Part shown: positions 1 to 8,550 of the stretch, piece by piece
How the letters are laid out: every line of letters starts with the position of its first letter
Numbering within the stretch: the first letter of the stretch is position 1
DNA from: a virus
IMG/VR virus record: IMGVR_UViG_3300028590_000015
Coordinates: 1 to 64,000 of that record
Length of the DNA: 64,000 nucleotides
Direction: 5' to 3' (one strand)
Notes under the pieces: generated by a model
Seen by the model: only the letters and a program-made list of their open reading frames with translations
Databases searched by the model: none
What the model was told of the DNA's origin: nothing
Position numbers and translations under genes: made by a program

Positions 1-33
1 CTCGCAGGCTTTGCATCTTGATAAGGCAAAAGA

Positions 34-69
34 AAAGGGCTTGCAAACATCACGTTTGCAAGCCCTTTA
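34..69 (-). terminator. Rho-independent terminator downstream of tRNA 3' end (host flank)
   Basis: Perfect 12-bp inverted repeat GGGCTTGCAAAC / GTTTGCAAGCCC with 5-nt loop; on the minus strand followed by TTTTCTTTT. Confidence 0.6.
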
Positions 70-73
70 TGAT

Positions 74-101
74 TGGTGCCCAGGAGAGGACTCGAACCTC
101 C
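74..101 (-). tRNA. tRNA 3'-end fragment (T-arm + acceptor 3' strand + ACCA), probable prophage attachment core; no 5' half found
   Basis: Minus strand reads GGAGG-TTCGAGT-CCTCT CCTGGGC A CCA; no complementary GCCCAGG-type 5' acceptor strand within 60-95 nt upstream, so it is called partial. Confidence 0.5.
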
Positions 102-168
102 ACGATGTTACTCGCTAGTACCTGAATCTGGCGCGGAATTGAGGTTTCATGCGGGTTTGAGGCCGATT

Positions 169-181
169 TGATTCCCGCAAA
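169..181. repeat. Arm-type repeat TGATTCCCGCAAA (contains reverse complement of TTGCGGGAA); inverted copy of 63981-63993
   Basis: 13-mer identical to reverse complement of window end; core TTGCGGGAA recurs at 225-233, 63963-63971 and 63982-63990. Confidence 0.5.
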
Positions 182-224
182 ATTGCTCCATTGAGCATCC
201 CTATTTGCTTGCGAATAGGAGTTT

Positions 225-233
225 TTGCGGGAA
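225..233. repeat. TTGCGGGAA repeat (candidate integrase arm-binding site) between att fragment and int 3' end
   Basis: Exact 9-mer also at 63963-63971 and 63982-63990; inverted at 171-179. Confidence 0.45.
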
Positions 234-237
234 GGAT

Positions 238-1272
238 TCACCCGCCTCCAGACCCCTTGCGCGGCAGTGCCGTTACTCGCCGCGCTCGCCCGCCGGTGTA
301 GTGCTCGGTCATGGTCACGCTGGAGTGGCCGAGTAGGGCCTGCGACGCCTCGATACTGCCCGCCTGGTCGCGCAGATCGGCGGCGGCCTTGCGGCGCAGA
401 TCCCGGAACTGGAACGCCTGGCCATCCAGCCCGGCCGCGTTGCGCGCTGCCTCGAACCGGCTGCGCAGCTTCGCCTTGGTCATCGGCTTCCCTTCCTCGT
501 CCACCAGCAGGGCCAGCGACCGCACCGCGAACTTGCGCTTGCGCGCGAGCATCCGTTCGACCAGGCTCGCGAGCCCGCCCACCACGGCGATCCGCATCTG
601 CTTGCCGGTCTTGTCCTGGGTGAAGGCGAGGACGCCGTCGCGCACGTCGGTTTCGGCCATCTTGAGCACGTCGGCGGGGCGCTGGCCGGTGAAGTAGGCC
701 AAGTCCATGCAGTCGCGCAGCGCAGGGCTTCCTTTGGCGTAGACCGCGTCCACCATGCCATCGGTGATATCCACGTCCTTCCGGCCCGGCAGGCGCTTCG
801 TGCGAATCGCCGCCACCGGGTTGATCGTGCAGTAGTCGCGCGCCATTGCCCAGGTGTAGACCATCGACAGGACGGCCTTCTCACGCAGGGCGCGGTGCTT
901 CGACTCCTTGCTGCGCTGGTCGATGTAGATCGTCACGTGCGAGGGCTTCACCTCGTCCATGGGGGCATCGCCGAATTTGGCGAGCAGCTTGTCCAGGGCG
1001 AACCGATAGTCGGCCTGAGTGCCGGCGCCTACGTCGTCAAACTGCGGGCTGGCTAGGTACTGCCCGATGGCCCATGCGACCGTGATTCGGACCGTCGGTG
1101 CCGCCTCGTGGATTTCCACCCACTTCTGCACTGCCAGCACATAGTCGGTGCCCAGGGGCACTTCCTTGCGCGGCTTGCCGCCCAGGTCGTAGCTGTAGTA
1201 CGTGGTGCCGTTCTTGACCCGGGCCCTCATCAGGTCCGGCAAATTCAGGTTTTTGCTGCGCTTGCGGCCCAC
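238..1272 (-). CDS. int: Tyrosine recombinase, lambda-Int-like phage integrase (GTG start)
   Basis: 344 aa; N-term MGRKRSKNLNLPDL..NGTTYY resembles lambda Int MGRRRS..LPPNLY..NGYY; C-terminal catalytic region LLGHSSVTMTEHY (H-x-x-R...Y). Confidence 0.9.
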   Translation of the reverse strand: MGRKRSKNLNLPDLMRARVKNGTTYYSYDLGGKPRKEVPLGTDYVLAVQKWVEIHEAAPTVRITVAWAIGQYLASPQFDDVGAGTQADYRFALDKLLAKFGDAPMDEVKPSHVTIYIDQRSKESKHRALREKAVLSMVYTWAMARDYCTINPVAAIRTKRLPGRKDVDITDGMVDAVYAKGSPALRDCMDLAYFTGQRPADVLKMAETDVRDGVLAFTQDKTGKQMRIAVVGGLASLVERMLARKRKFAVRSLALLVDEEGKPMTKAKLRSRFEAARNAAGLDGQAFQFRDLRRKAAADLRDQAGSIEASQALLGHSSVTMTEHYTGGRARRVTALPRKGSGGG

Positions 1273-1496
1273 GAGGGACTCCAGGAGGGTTTGTTGCTAT
1301 TTGGAGACGCCGGGGCCACTTTACGCCCTTCCAGAACCGCTTTGGTCACGCGCGGCCGGCCGGCGCGGTTTTGGTGGAACGGGATGCGCTCCTTGCGAAG
1401 GTGCGCGACCTGCTTCGTGGGCTGCCGGTAGCCCGTCAGCTCGAACAGATCGTCTTCCGAGAGGAACAGGGATTCGGTCAAGGTGTGGCCCTCCAA
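1245..1496 (-). CDS. DUF4224-like small protein in the Xis position (putative excisionase / directionality factor)
   Basis: 83 aa; motif DLFELTGYRQPTKQVAHLRKERIPF; its 3' end overlaps the int start by 28 nt, as lambda xis does. Confidence 0.6.
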   Translation of the reverse strand: MEGHTLTESLFLSEDDLFELTGYRQPTKQVAHLRKERIPFHQNRAGRPRVTKAVLEGRKVAPASPNSNKPSWSPSWAASAAKT

Positions 1497-1900
1497 GCGA
1501 ATTCAAGGTGCCCCGCAGGGAGCACAAAAAGGTGCCGGATGTTCGCGACGTTCACCACGTCGCGGTCAGGCGGGAACACCTCCACGGCCTCAAAGTCACC
1601 GAATCCGGCCTCGCGCTTGAGCCGCTGCAGTTCCTCCCATGTGATGTCCTGCTTCCAGCCGCCGCCCGCCTCCAGCGCAGTGCGCAGAATCGACAGGCGG
1701 ACGATGGCAGGGGCGGGTGCTGGGTGCTCCTGCACCAGAAAGCCACGGCTGCGCCACACACGCGAGATTTTGGGGTTCGGAGAGGGCCATTCCTCGCGAG
1801 GCCACTCCTTGAGGGCGCCCGGCCATTTGGCATTTTCGCGCTTCATGTAGGCCTCGGCGTGCCGGCGCTCCGCTCGGCTCAGGTTAGCGAGTGCACTCAT
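1478..1900 (-). CDS. Hypothetical phage protein (141 aa)
   Basis: ORF with protein-like composition starting MSALANLSRAERRHAEAY; upstream in-frame extension looks like off-frame translation; overlaps neighbours by short coupling overlaps. Confidence 0.55.
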   Translation of the reverse strand: MSALANLSRAERRHAEAYMKRENAKWPGALKEWPREEWPSPNPKISRVWRSRGFLVQEHPAPAPAIVRLSILRTALEAGGGWKQDITWEELQRLKREAGFGDFEAVEVFPPDRDVVNVANIRHLFVLPAGHLEFAWRATP

Positions 1901-3206
1901 CACGCCCTCTCTCACCCGCGGAGGTGCCGATGCCGACCGATCCCGAATGCTTTTCAGAGATGGTGTAAATCGACATGTATCCGTCTTCGAAGTTGCAGGT
2001 GTATTTGTGAGGGACGCCCCAGCCGTCGTCCTGCCACTCATCCAAGTCAGCCAGGAATTCGCGCCACTTGGAATCGGGATGGCAAGCCACTTCCTCTTCG
2101 ACCTGGGCAACAAGTGCATCCCAACCTCGCAGCAAGATGGCGGCGGCACCGTCCGTCCCGGTCGCATAGCAGAACAAGGCGTGTTGCAGGGCCGGATGCG
2201 GAGCGATGATGACGGGGGCAGTGTCCTGCTCATCGGTGAGCGCCACACGCTCGGGCTGCGGTGCTGGTGGAGAGGCGGCGAGCAACTGAAGAAGCTGATT
2301 CGCTTCCTGAATCCATGCGCCAGCATCGACTACGGATTGGTCCTCACCGTTGTAGAACCGGCGAACAATTCCGCTCCCCTTGCCCATAAATCGGTGCAGA
2401 TAGTCCATCGGCTTCTGCTCGGCCTGCGCCGGGGTGGCGCGAACGTACTTGATGCCGTGGCCGGTCGCGTTGTCCTCGCTCCAGGTGACTTCACGCAGGT
2501 TGGAGAAATGGGCGTCCTCTTCCCATGGGTCGAACCCAAGATCGAGCCAGATGTGCTCAGGCGCAGACGAGATCGCCAGAGGCTCGTGAGGTCCGCGCTG
2601 CGCTTCTGCCTGCTCGGCCTGCGCTGGGGTAGCCGGTGTGGGGGCGCGGGTTCCCATGCTTCGCAACCGCGCGGGGGCATGCCGCTCCAGCCAGTTCAAC
2701 CCAAGCAACGCCATAAGCGCTGCCTCATCTTCTCCAGTTGGAATCTTCACAGTGTCCGGACGGGAGGTCTGCCCACCCTGCGCCTCTTGCTTGCTGGCGA
2801 GGGCGGCGCGAAGCTGCCAGCCAATCCAAGCGTTGTGCGGGATGCTCTTGCCGTCCCATTCCTCGCGTGCTGCAGCCTCGAACGCCTCCCGCTCCCCCGC
2901 AGCGCTGGCCGTGGGCTTCCTTGCGCAATAGCGGCCCTCATGCTCGCGGCAAGCCCCGGGCGTGTCGCACCAGTCACAGTTTTTGAAGGGCGCTTCTGCG
3001 TGCTCGGCCTTGCTGGCCTCGAAGGAGGCGATCTGGTCATCCAGCACTTCGCACCAGACCTTGTGAGGCTCCTCGACCTTAGCGAACTGGTGCCAGTAGC
3101 CGTAGCCGCTCCAGTTCCTGCCGAGGTAGACCAGGCGCTCTGGCTGGTTGCGCCAGTTGTACCGACCGCCGATCTGCATGTCAGTGTTTTTCAGTTCGGT
3201 GCTCAT
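1884..3206 (-). CDS. Hypothetical phage protein (440 aa)
   Basis: Start MSTELKNTDMQIGG; ATGA overlap with upstream gene at 3203-3206; Cys-containing N-terminal region, acidic C-terminal region. Confidence 0.6.
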   Translation of the reverse strand: MSTELKNTDMQIGGRYNWRNQPERLVYLGRNWSGYGYWHQFAKVEEPHKVWCEVLDDQIASFEASKAEHAEAPFKNCDWCDTPGACREHEGRYCARKPTASAAGEREAFEAAAREEWDGKSIPHNAWIGWQLRAALASKQEAQGGQTSRPDTVKIPTGEDEAALMALLGLNWLERHAPARLRSMGTRAPTPATPAQAEQAEAQRGPHEPLAISSAPEHIWLDLGFDPWEEDAHFSNLREVTWSEDNATGHGIKYVRATPAQAEQKPMDYLHRFMGKGSGIVRRFYNGEDQSVVDAGAWIQEANQLLQLLAASPPAPQPERVALTDEQDTAPVIIAPHPALQHALFCYATGTDGAAAILLRGWDALVAQVEEEVACHPDSKWREFLADLDEWQDDGWGVPHKYTCNFEDGYMSIYTISEKHSGSVGIGTSAGERGRDECTR

Positions 3207-3928
3207 GCATTGCTCCTTGAAAATTCGTACACCCACACCCAGGGATTTGCTCCCCACGAGCCGGGGCCATTGATGTCGCGCCAGAGTCGTGCGTACCCTT
3301 GCCGGTAGGTTGGGGGTGCGTCCGCATGCACGGTTTCGTTGTCGTCAGCGTCGAGCCATGCGGGCGCACAGCCCTCGGCTTGGCTGTCAGCCTCGCTGAT
3401 GTCCTGCAGGCGCTCCACGCGCACGCCGGTGATCTCCAGCGTTATGCGGCTCGCCCAGCGGGGCATGAACATGCTGGGGCGCAGCTTGCCAACCCACTCA
3501 GGGTGTTCGCGTGGGCTGTTGTCCTCCGATGCCGTCCACTGGCCGCCAGCGAAGGCGCTGTTGCAGGCATAGCCTCCGACCTCGTATTCGACCGTCATGG
3601 TTCGCGGCGGTAGATCCCGCGGGGCGGTGCCGTCCCATTTCTTTGCCACTCGCCACGCCTCGCGCACCCACAGCCGGTCGCCGGGCTGGCCGTAGGGGCA
3701 ACGCATGGGAATGTCGTCGAGGTAGTCGCCGTCGCGCTCGCGGCGTGTCACAAAGCACGACTCGCCGTCGTCGCTGCGGTGCGGCCACAGCGTGCCGTCC
3801 TTCTGTTCCACCAGAACAAACCCGCCGTCGTTTCCAACTGGCTTCACCACCCGCCGCGTCTGGGTCTTCGAGCCGTCCAGGATGGCGCGCACCATGGCGC
3901 CTTGGAAGAGGATGGGGCGCTCGGTCAT
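3203..3928 (-). CDS. Conserved phage protein, ASCH/PUA-like (KTQTRR family)
   Basis: 241 aa; N-term ILFQGAMVRAILDGSKTQTRRV and PYGQPGDRLWVRE, typical of a widespread phage family. Confidence 0.65.
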   Translation of the reverse strand: MTERPILFQGAMVRAILDGSKTQTRRVVKPVGNDGGFVLVEQKDGTLWPHRSDDGESCFVTRRERDGDYLDDIPMRCPYGQPGDRLWVREAWRVAKKWDGTAPRDLPPRTMTVEYEVGGYACNSAFAGGQWTASEDNSPREHPEWVGKLRPSMFMPRWASRITLEITGVRVERLQDISEADSQAEGCAPAWLDADDNETVHADAPPTYRQGYARLWRDINGPGSWGANPWVWVYEFSRSNA

Positions 3929-4224
3929 CGGGCACCTCCACGGATAGGCGATTCCGTGCCAAGCATGGCAGCCTGGGCGATCAGACCTAGCAGCGAGGCC
4001 GTGCGCTTATCTCCAGGTCGTGACAGCAAACTGGCACCAGCCCGGAAAAACCACACGAAGACCCGCCGCCCGATCAGACCGACATTCCAGCCCATGAGCA
4101 AAAGAAAACGACCAAAACCCCCCGCCGCGCGCTGCGCCGCTACCGCAATTGAGCGATGGGCGCGCGCATGCCGCGCCGTTGCGCAGGCCTTCCGAGCATG
4201 GCTCACCGTATGGATCTTGATCAT
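3925..4224 (-). CDS. Small hypothetical protein (99 aa), weak
   Basis: Bracketed by ATGA start/stop overlaps with both neighbours, but Arg/Ala-rich with lower third-position GC than neighbours. Confidence 0.3.
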   Translation of the reverse strand: MIKIHTVSHARKACATARHARAHRSIAVAAQRAAGGFGRFLLLMGWNVGLIGRRVFVWFFRAGASLLSRPGDKRTASLLGLIAQAAMLGTESPIRGGAR

Positions 4225-5219
4225 GGCGTGCCTTGCGATGTGACGGGGTAGCCGTCGTGCTGCACACCGTCGAGCAGGCGCCCCGCCGCCTTCTTGCCTG
4301 CGTGGCCCATGACCCAGCCGTCAGGCGTGGTGGTCTTCTCGCGCACCGGCACCCCCTCGGCCTGGCCGAGCATGGGCAGCCACTCGCCCCACTGCTTGAA
4401 CAGGAACGGGACGCCGGTGAATGCGCACTGGTCGCGAAGACTTCGGGCCCAGTCGGGGGACATGGGGCGTGCGGCTGTGCCGCTTTCGCCACCGACGATC
4501 ACCCAATCAATGCGGGCATGCATCGGGCCCACGGCATCAGCGATCGGCACGCCGTACCAGTCCTCGAAGTCTTCCTCCCAGTCGTCGCTGGTGTCGCGCC
4601 AGTTCTCGATCTCGGTCTCCCACAGGTCCGGCTTCAAGCAATCAATTTCGCCCTCGCCATAGGGCAGGCTGCGCAGGTTGATGGCACTCAGCAGCGGCTC
4701 GATGCTCAGGAAGTTCGGGCAGTACAGCTCGATCAGCTTGGCCACGTCGCGTTCGGCTTCGGTCTGGTTGCAGATCGTGATACCAAGGCGCAGGTGCTTG
4801 GGCCACCCCCCTGCCGCAAGCCATGGCGTCCCCACCATCTTCCGCACGTTGCCGATTCGCTTCGTCAACAGGAGCCAGTCAAGGTTTGGCGTGGCCTCGA
4901 TGAGGCGGAACAGGTCTGTGCGCCACTCGTCGGGCACCTCGTTGTCGAACACATCGGCCAGGCTGGCGCAGAACACGCGCTGGCGGCGGCCGTGCTGGGC
5001 CTGGAAGGCTTCGGCCTGGGCGTTCCAACGCAGAGGCAGGGACCAGTTGGCTGGGCTGGTGCGACGGCGAGGCTGACCAGCGCCCCAGACCACGCCCAGG
5101 GCGCGCGACGCCGTGCTCACCTCGGCGTAGCAGTGGTCGCAGGCCGGTGACACCTTGGTGCAACCGATCCACGGGTTGAACGTGTGGTCCGTCCACTCGA
5201 TCTTGCTGTTCGCGCTCAT
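4221..5219 (-). CDS. Phage Gp37/Gp68 family protein (DUF5131)
   Basis: 333 aa; N-term MSANSKIEWTDHTFNPWIGCTKVSPACDHCYAE matches the conserved start of the Gp37Gp68 family. Confidence 0.75.
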   Translation of the reverse strand: MSANSKIEWTDHTFNPWIGCTKVSPACDHCYAEVSTASRALGVVWGAGQPRRRTSPANWSLPLRWNAQAEAFQAQHGRRQRVFCASLADVFDNEVPDEWRTDLFRLIEATPNLDWLLLTKRIGNVRKMVGTPWLAAGGWPKHLRLGITICNQTEAERDVAKLIELYCPNFLSIEPLLSAINLRSLPYGEGEIDCLKPDLWETEIENWRDTSDDWEEDFEDWYGVPIADAVGPMHARIDWVIVGGESGTAARPMSPDWARSLRDQCAFTGVPFLFKQWGEWLPMLGQAEGVPVREKTTTPDGWVMGHAGKKAAGRLLDGVQHDGYPVTSQGTP

Positions 5220-5905
5220 GCCGGTGCCCCCGGCATGGAGTCGACGACTGGAAGCGTGATCAAGGCAGGCGCGGGTGTGACCGTCACGGGGGCGGATTTC
5301 GCGGCGTCGTAGACACTGATCGACCACGCCAGCGCATGGCAGCACCACAAGAACCGGTGGGAGAACTCGCGACAGGAGCGCTCCCAGTCTTGGAAGAACC
5401 ACTGCTTGTCGTGGTCGAACTGGCGCAGCGCGACCCAGGCGCCGTGCTCGCCGTCGTTTTCGAGTTCGTACAGCACCTCGTCCTCGATGCGCTTCCACAG
5501 ATCGGCCTTGGCCGCGTCGCTCCAGACTTCGTCGCTGGTGCGCTGCTCGAAAAAGTCGCGCACCTCGGCGCGGAAGCGCTCGTCGCTGAACCGGTGCACC
5601 TGGTCGGACTTGTCAGCCCCTTCAACCTTCTCGGCCCAGTAGCGGAAGTCGATGCGGTACCGGCGGTCGTCGTCGCTGCGGCGGAAGAACTGGAACATGT
5701 CCTGCAGCCGGGTGAACACGAAGGTGCCCATGTCACCGGTGTAGCAGAGGTAGCCCGGCCAGGTGATCAAATCGAAGTGCATGCACATCGTGCCCGGGCG
5801 CTTGAAGCGGATATGGCGATAGACACCGTCATCCCGCAGCACGATCATTTGATGCTGCTCGGTCTGTTTCGTGAAATCGCTGGTGATGTCGCGTGCGAAG
5901 GTCAT
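5216..5905 (-). CDS. Hypothetical phage protein (229 aa)
   Basis: Start MTFARDITSDFTKQTEQHQMIVL; ATGA-coupled on both sides. Confidence 0.6.
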   Translation of the reverse strand: MTFARDITSDFTKQTEQHQMIVLRDDGVYRHIRFKRPGTMCMHFDLITWPGYLCYTGDMGTFVFTRLQDMFQFFRRSDDDRRYRIDFRYWAEKVEGADKSDQVHRFSDERFRAEVRDFFEQRTSDEVWSDAAKADLWKRIEDEVLYELENDGEHGAWVALRQFDHDKQWFFQDWERSCREFSHRFLWCCHALAWSISVYDAAKSAPVTVTPAPALITLPVVDSMPGAPA

Positions 5906-6123
5906 GCCTTTACCTCGGCGGTGGGGGTGTCTGGGGTGGGGATGTTGACGACGACGGTTGCCGTCTTGCGGCGCAACAGCGCGTCGTCGATGCGCAGGCT
6001 GATGGGCACGACGAGTTCGCCCGGCTCCGCACTGGCGCGCGCGCCCAAGGTGCGCACTCGGTAGTAGGGCCACCGCGCAATGCGGCAGATGGCCAGGCTA
6101 GTCTCGATGGTGCTCGTGCTCAC
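5902..6123 (-). CDS. Hypothetical small protein (73 aa)
   Basis: ATGA coupling to flanking genes. Confidence 0.5.
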   Translation of the reverse strand: MSTSTIETSLAICRIARWPYYRVRTLGARASAEPGELVVPISLRIDDALLRRKTATVVVNIPTPDTPTAEVKA

Positions 6124-6368
6124 TGCACCCTCGGCTTCGTGAAGCGGTCGAACTCGACGCCGGGTTGCATGCTTCGCAACTGAGCTTCGATGAAGCCGCG
6201 TGCGAACTCAGTTCCGAGGGTGCCCCACATCGCCCCCATGAAAACGGCAAGCACGCCCGTGATGTGGGCTTCGAGTGCTTCCCGATCATTCGTTGGGATG
6301 CGCTGGACCGCATCCATGGCGAATGCCAGTCCCGCCTTCACCTTCTCATCAGGGAGTTGCCGGTTCAT
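6120..6368 (-). CDS. Hypothetical small protein (82 aa)
   Basis: Coupled overlaps; helical composition. Confidence 0.55.
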   Translation of the reverse strand: MNRQLPDEKVKAGLAFAMDAVQRIPTNDREALEAHITGVLAVFMGAMWGTLGTEFARGFIEAQLRSMQPGVEFDRFTKPRVQ

Positions 6369-7501
6369 GCGGAACTACCCTTCTGGAGCACGGTGCGGCC
6401 GCCGTTCGACGCCATGGCCGAAACCACGCCCATCGTTTCGAGCGACTCCAACAGGCGGGCCGCGCGGTTGTAGCCGATGCGCAGGTGCCGCTGGATGTAG
6501 GAAATGCTGCCGCGCTGACCTTTGACCACGAGGGCGCGGGCCTGCTCGATCAACTCGTCCTCGTCTTTCGCGGCCGCCGGCTGGTCGGAGGCGGCCGCGC
6601 CGAAGGCCATTTCGCCGCCCAGCGCCTCGATCAGCGCCGGGATGAGCTTCTGCAGTTCGCCGGTGGACAGGGCCACGTCCGCGTCGAAGCCCGACTCGGC
6701 GTCTTCCGCCCGGTCGGCGAACACGCCCTCCAGGAAGTTGAGCTTCTTGAGGCGGAGCGCGTCGGTGAGCACGAAGCCGATACGGCCTTCCCAGCTCATT
6801 GCGAGCTGGGTGGGCAGCTTGCCCTCGGTGATGTGCTTGCGCACCTCGTCGATCGCCAGGTTGTGGCGGTTGAACTTCACCACCGACATTTCCTCGTCGC
6901 TGGAGCGCAGCTCGCACGCGCGCTCGACCGCGAAGCCTTCCGGCCATTCATCGGGGCTGGTGGCCGACAGCCACTGCGTCATGGCTCCCGTGGGCGTCCA
7001 GTCGGTTTGCAGCAGCGTGAGCGCGAGGCCGTCGAAGGCTCGCACCAGTGCGGTGACCACCTCGTCCAGCTTGCCCTGGCTCGTCGCGTCGGCAACCAGC
7101 CACCCGCGCTGCAGGTCGAGCCACACCAGCACGCTCACGGCACGGGGGAAGGCCTGGGGCAGCAGGGCCAGCAGCGCGTCCTCGCGCAGCGCCTTCATTT
7201 CTTTCTTGCCGGGCTTGCGGCCAGTGGTGGCCTCGATGTGGTCGGCGTCCTCTTGGGCCTTCTTGCGCACGGTGGCGCTTGGCACCGACTTGGACTCGAT
7301 CTGGAGTTTCAGGATGCGCTGGCCAGCGACGGACTCCACGAGCGGGCCATGGGCCTCGCCGCGCGGCTCCACCCAGCCCACCGCTTTGTCCTGGGTCGCG
7401 CCGCAGGCCACAAACCGCGCTGCGTCGAGCGCGGCTTCCATATCCTCCAGCGAGGGCGCCCAGCCGGGCGCGATGCGGTAGATCACGATGTTCTTGAACA
7501 T
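6365..7501 (-). CDS. rdgC: RdgC-like recombination-associated protein with C-terminal FtsK-gamma winged-helix domain
   Basis: N-term MFKNIVIYRI (cf. E. coli RdgC MLWFKNLMVYRL), RdgC-like through LIEALGGE; C-term SISYIQRHLRIGYNRAARLLESLETMGVVS..NGGRTVL matches the FtsK gamma (KOPS/XerD-binding) domain. Confidence 0.8.
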   Translation of the reverse strand: MFKNIVIYRIAPGWAPSLEDMEAALDAARFVACGATQDKAVGWVEPRGEAHGPLVESVAGQRILKLQIESKSVPSATVRKKAQEDADHIEATTGRKPGKKEMKALREDALLALLPQAFPRAVSVLVWLDLQRGWLVADATSQGKLDEVVTALVRAFDGLALTLLQTDWTPTGAMTQWLSATSPDEWPEGFAVERACELRSSDEEMSVVKFNRHNLAIDEVRKHITEGKLPTQLAMSWEGRIGFVLTDALRLKKLNFLEGVFADRAEDAESGFDADVALSTGELQKLIPALIEALGGEMAFGAAASDQPAAAKDEDELIEQARALVVKGQRGSISYIQRHLRIGYNRAARLLESLETMGVVSAMASNGGRTVLQKGSSA

Positions 7502-7510
7502 GGCCACCGC

Positions 7511-8464
7511 CTACTTGATCTGGATGAAAGGCGTGGCGTTGTTGCCGCCCATCATGTATTGGGGCAGCTTCCCGTCCCACTTCTCGACGGCCTTCATGTC
7601 CACGTAGGCCTGGCCGCCCTGCTTGTTGATCGCCTCGGCTTGGATGCGGATGGTTTCAGCCCCGGCCTTCGCCCGCTCGATCGTCTGCTGGGCCTCGAAC
7701 TTGATTCGCTCCAGGTCGTTCTTTGCGGTCTCGGCGCGTTGCGTGGCTGTGACCTTGGCCTCGATCGCCTCGTCGAAGGCCTTGCTGAAACCAAAGTCGG
7801 TGATGTTGACGTTCTGCACGCGGACGTGGAACTGGGCCAGCTTGATCTTCAAGGCTTCGATGAACTCTGCGGAGACTGCTGCACGTTTGGTGATCAGCTC
7901 CTCGGCGGTGTAGCGCGAGGTGACCGCCTTGAAGGTCTCGAACAGCGCGGGCTCAATGAAGCTCTGGCGATACAAGAGCGTCGGGTTGAGGATGTACAGG
8001 TCGCGCGCCCTTGCCGGGTCCACTGCGTAGTTCACAGTGACCGATCCGCCAACCGCCTGCATGTCCTTGGAAGCGGCGCTCATCTTGTTGGCAGCCGCCG
8101 TGTCGAGCCCTGTGAAGACCTCGTGCACCGAACTCACGGGCAACACAAAGTGAGGCCCCTCGTGCAGCACCTCCGGGTGCGGTTTGCCGAAGGTGGTGAC
8201 CACACCAACGCGAGATGTGCCGATGATGGTGAAGGACGCCACCACGAGGACCGCGAGTGGCACCACGAGCCCGGCGCTGAAAGCAATCTTAGCGATGACA
8301 CCCAAGCCGTCGGCGGCGTCACGTGACTGGTCAGCGAGATCCGAACGTTCGCGCGTGCGGTATTCCTGTTCGTGCTTACGGTGGGCCCGCGCCTGCAGCC
8401 AGGCGAAGATCCCGATGCCCCAAGCGATCATGGCGATGATGAGGCAGATGACGATGATTCCCAT
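7511..8464 (-). CDS. SPFH/band-7 (prohibitin/HflKC-like) membrane protein
   Basis: N-terminal TM segment, then SRVGVVTTFGKPHPEVLHEGPHFVLP and coiled-coil tail typical of the SPFH family. Confidence 0.8.
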   Translation of the reverse strand: MGIIVICLIIAMIAWGIGIFAWLQARAHRKHEQEYRTRERSDLADQSRDAADGLGVIAKIAFSAGLVVPLAVLVVASFTIIGTSRVGVVTTFGKPHPEVLHEGPHFVLPVSSVHEVFTGLDTAAANKMSAASKDMQAVGGSVTVNYAVDPARARDLYILNPTLLYRQSFIEPALFETFKAVTSRYTAEELITKRAAVSAEFIEALKIKLAQFHVRVQNVNITDFGFSKAFDEAIEAKVTATQRAETAKNDLERIKFEAQQTIERAKAGAETIRIQAEAINKQGGQAYVDMKAVEKWDGKLPQYMMGGNNATPFIQIK

Positions 8465-8479
8465 GGTGGTTCCTATGTG

Positions 8480-8544
8480 TTGTGAGAGAAAAGGGCGGCC
8501 CTGGCGTAGTGGTGGTTCGGCAGGGATGGGGTGCCAGGGCCGCC
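8480..8544 (-). terminator. Intrinsic terminator / attenuator hairpin with large loop between KTSC gene and SPFH gene
   Basis: 12-bp perfect stem GGCGGCCCTGGC / GCCAGGGCCGCC; on the minus strand followed by CCTTTTCTCTC. Confidence 0.45.
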
Positions 8545-8550
8545 GGAAAA

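Noticed and set aside
74-165. Attempt to fold a complete tRNA (or tmRNA 3' end) from the minus strand
   Set aside because: T-arm, acceptor 3' strand and ACCA are canonical, but no 5' acceptor strand (GCCCAGG-like, allowing G:U) exists at +60 to +95 and no consistent anticodon stem could be drawn. The 3' end ...GGGCACCA does not match tmRNA. A plus-strand TGGCGCGGAATTG (resembling a tRNA-Leu D-arm) was judged coincidental. Called a fragment.
50-241. 63-aa minus-strand ORF overlapping the tRNA fragment and terminator
   Set aside because: Overlaps an RNA-gene remnant and its terminator on the same strand; no SD; typical spurious ORF in GC-rich DNA
6275-8326. 683-aa plus-strand ORF
   Set aside because: Antisense to the rdgC and SPFH genes; low-complexity G/L/R/A-rich product typical of high-GC antisense frames
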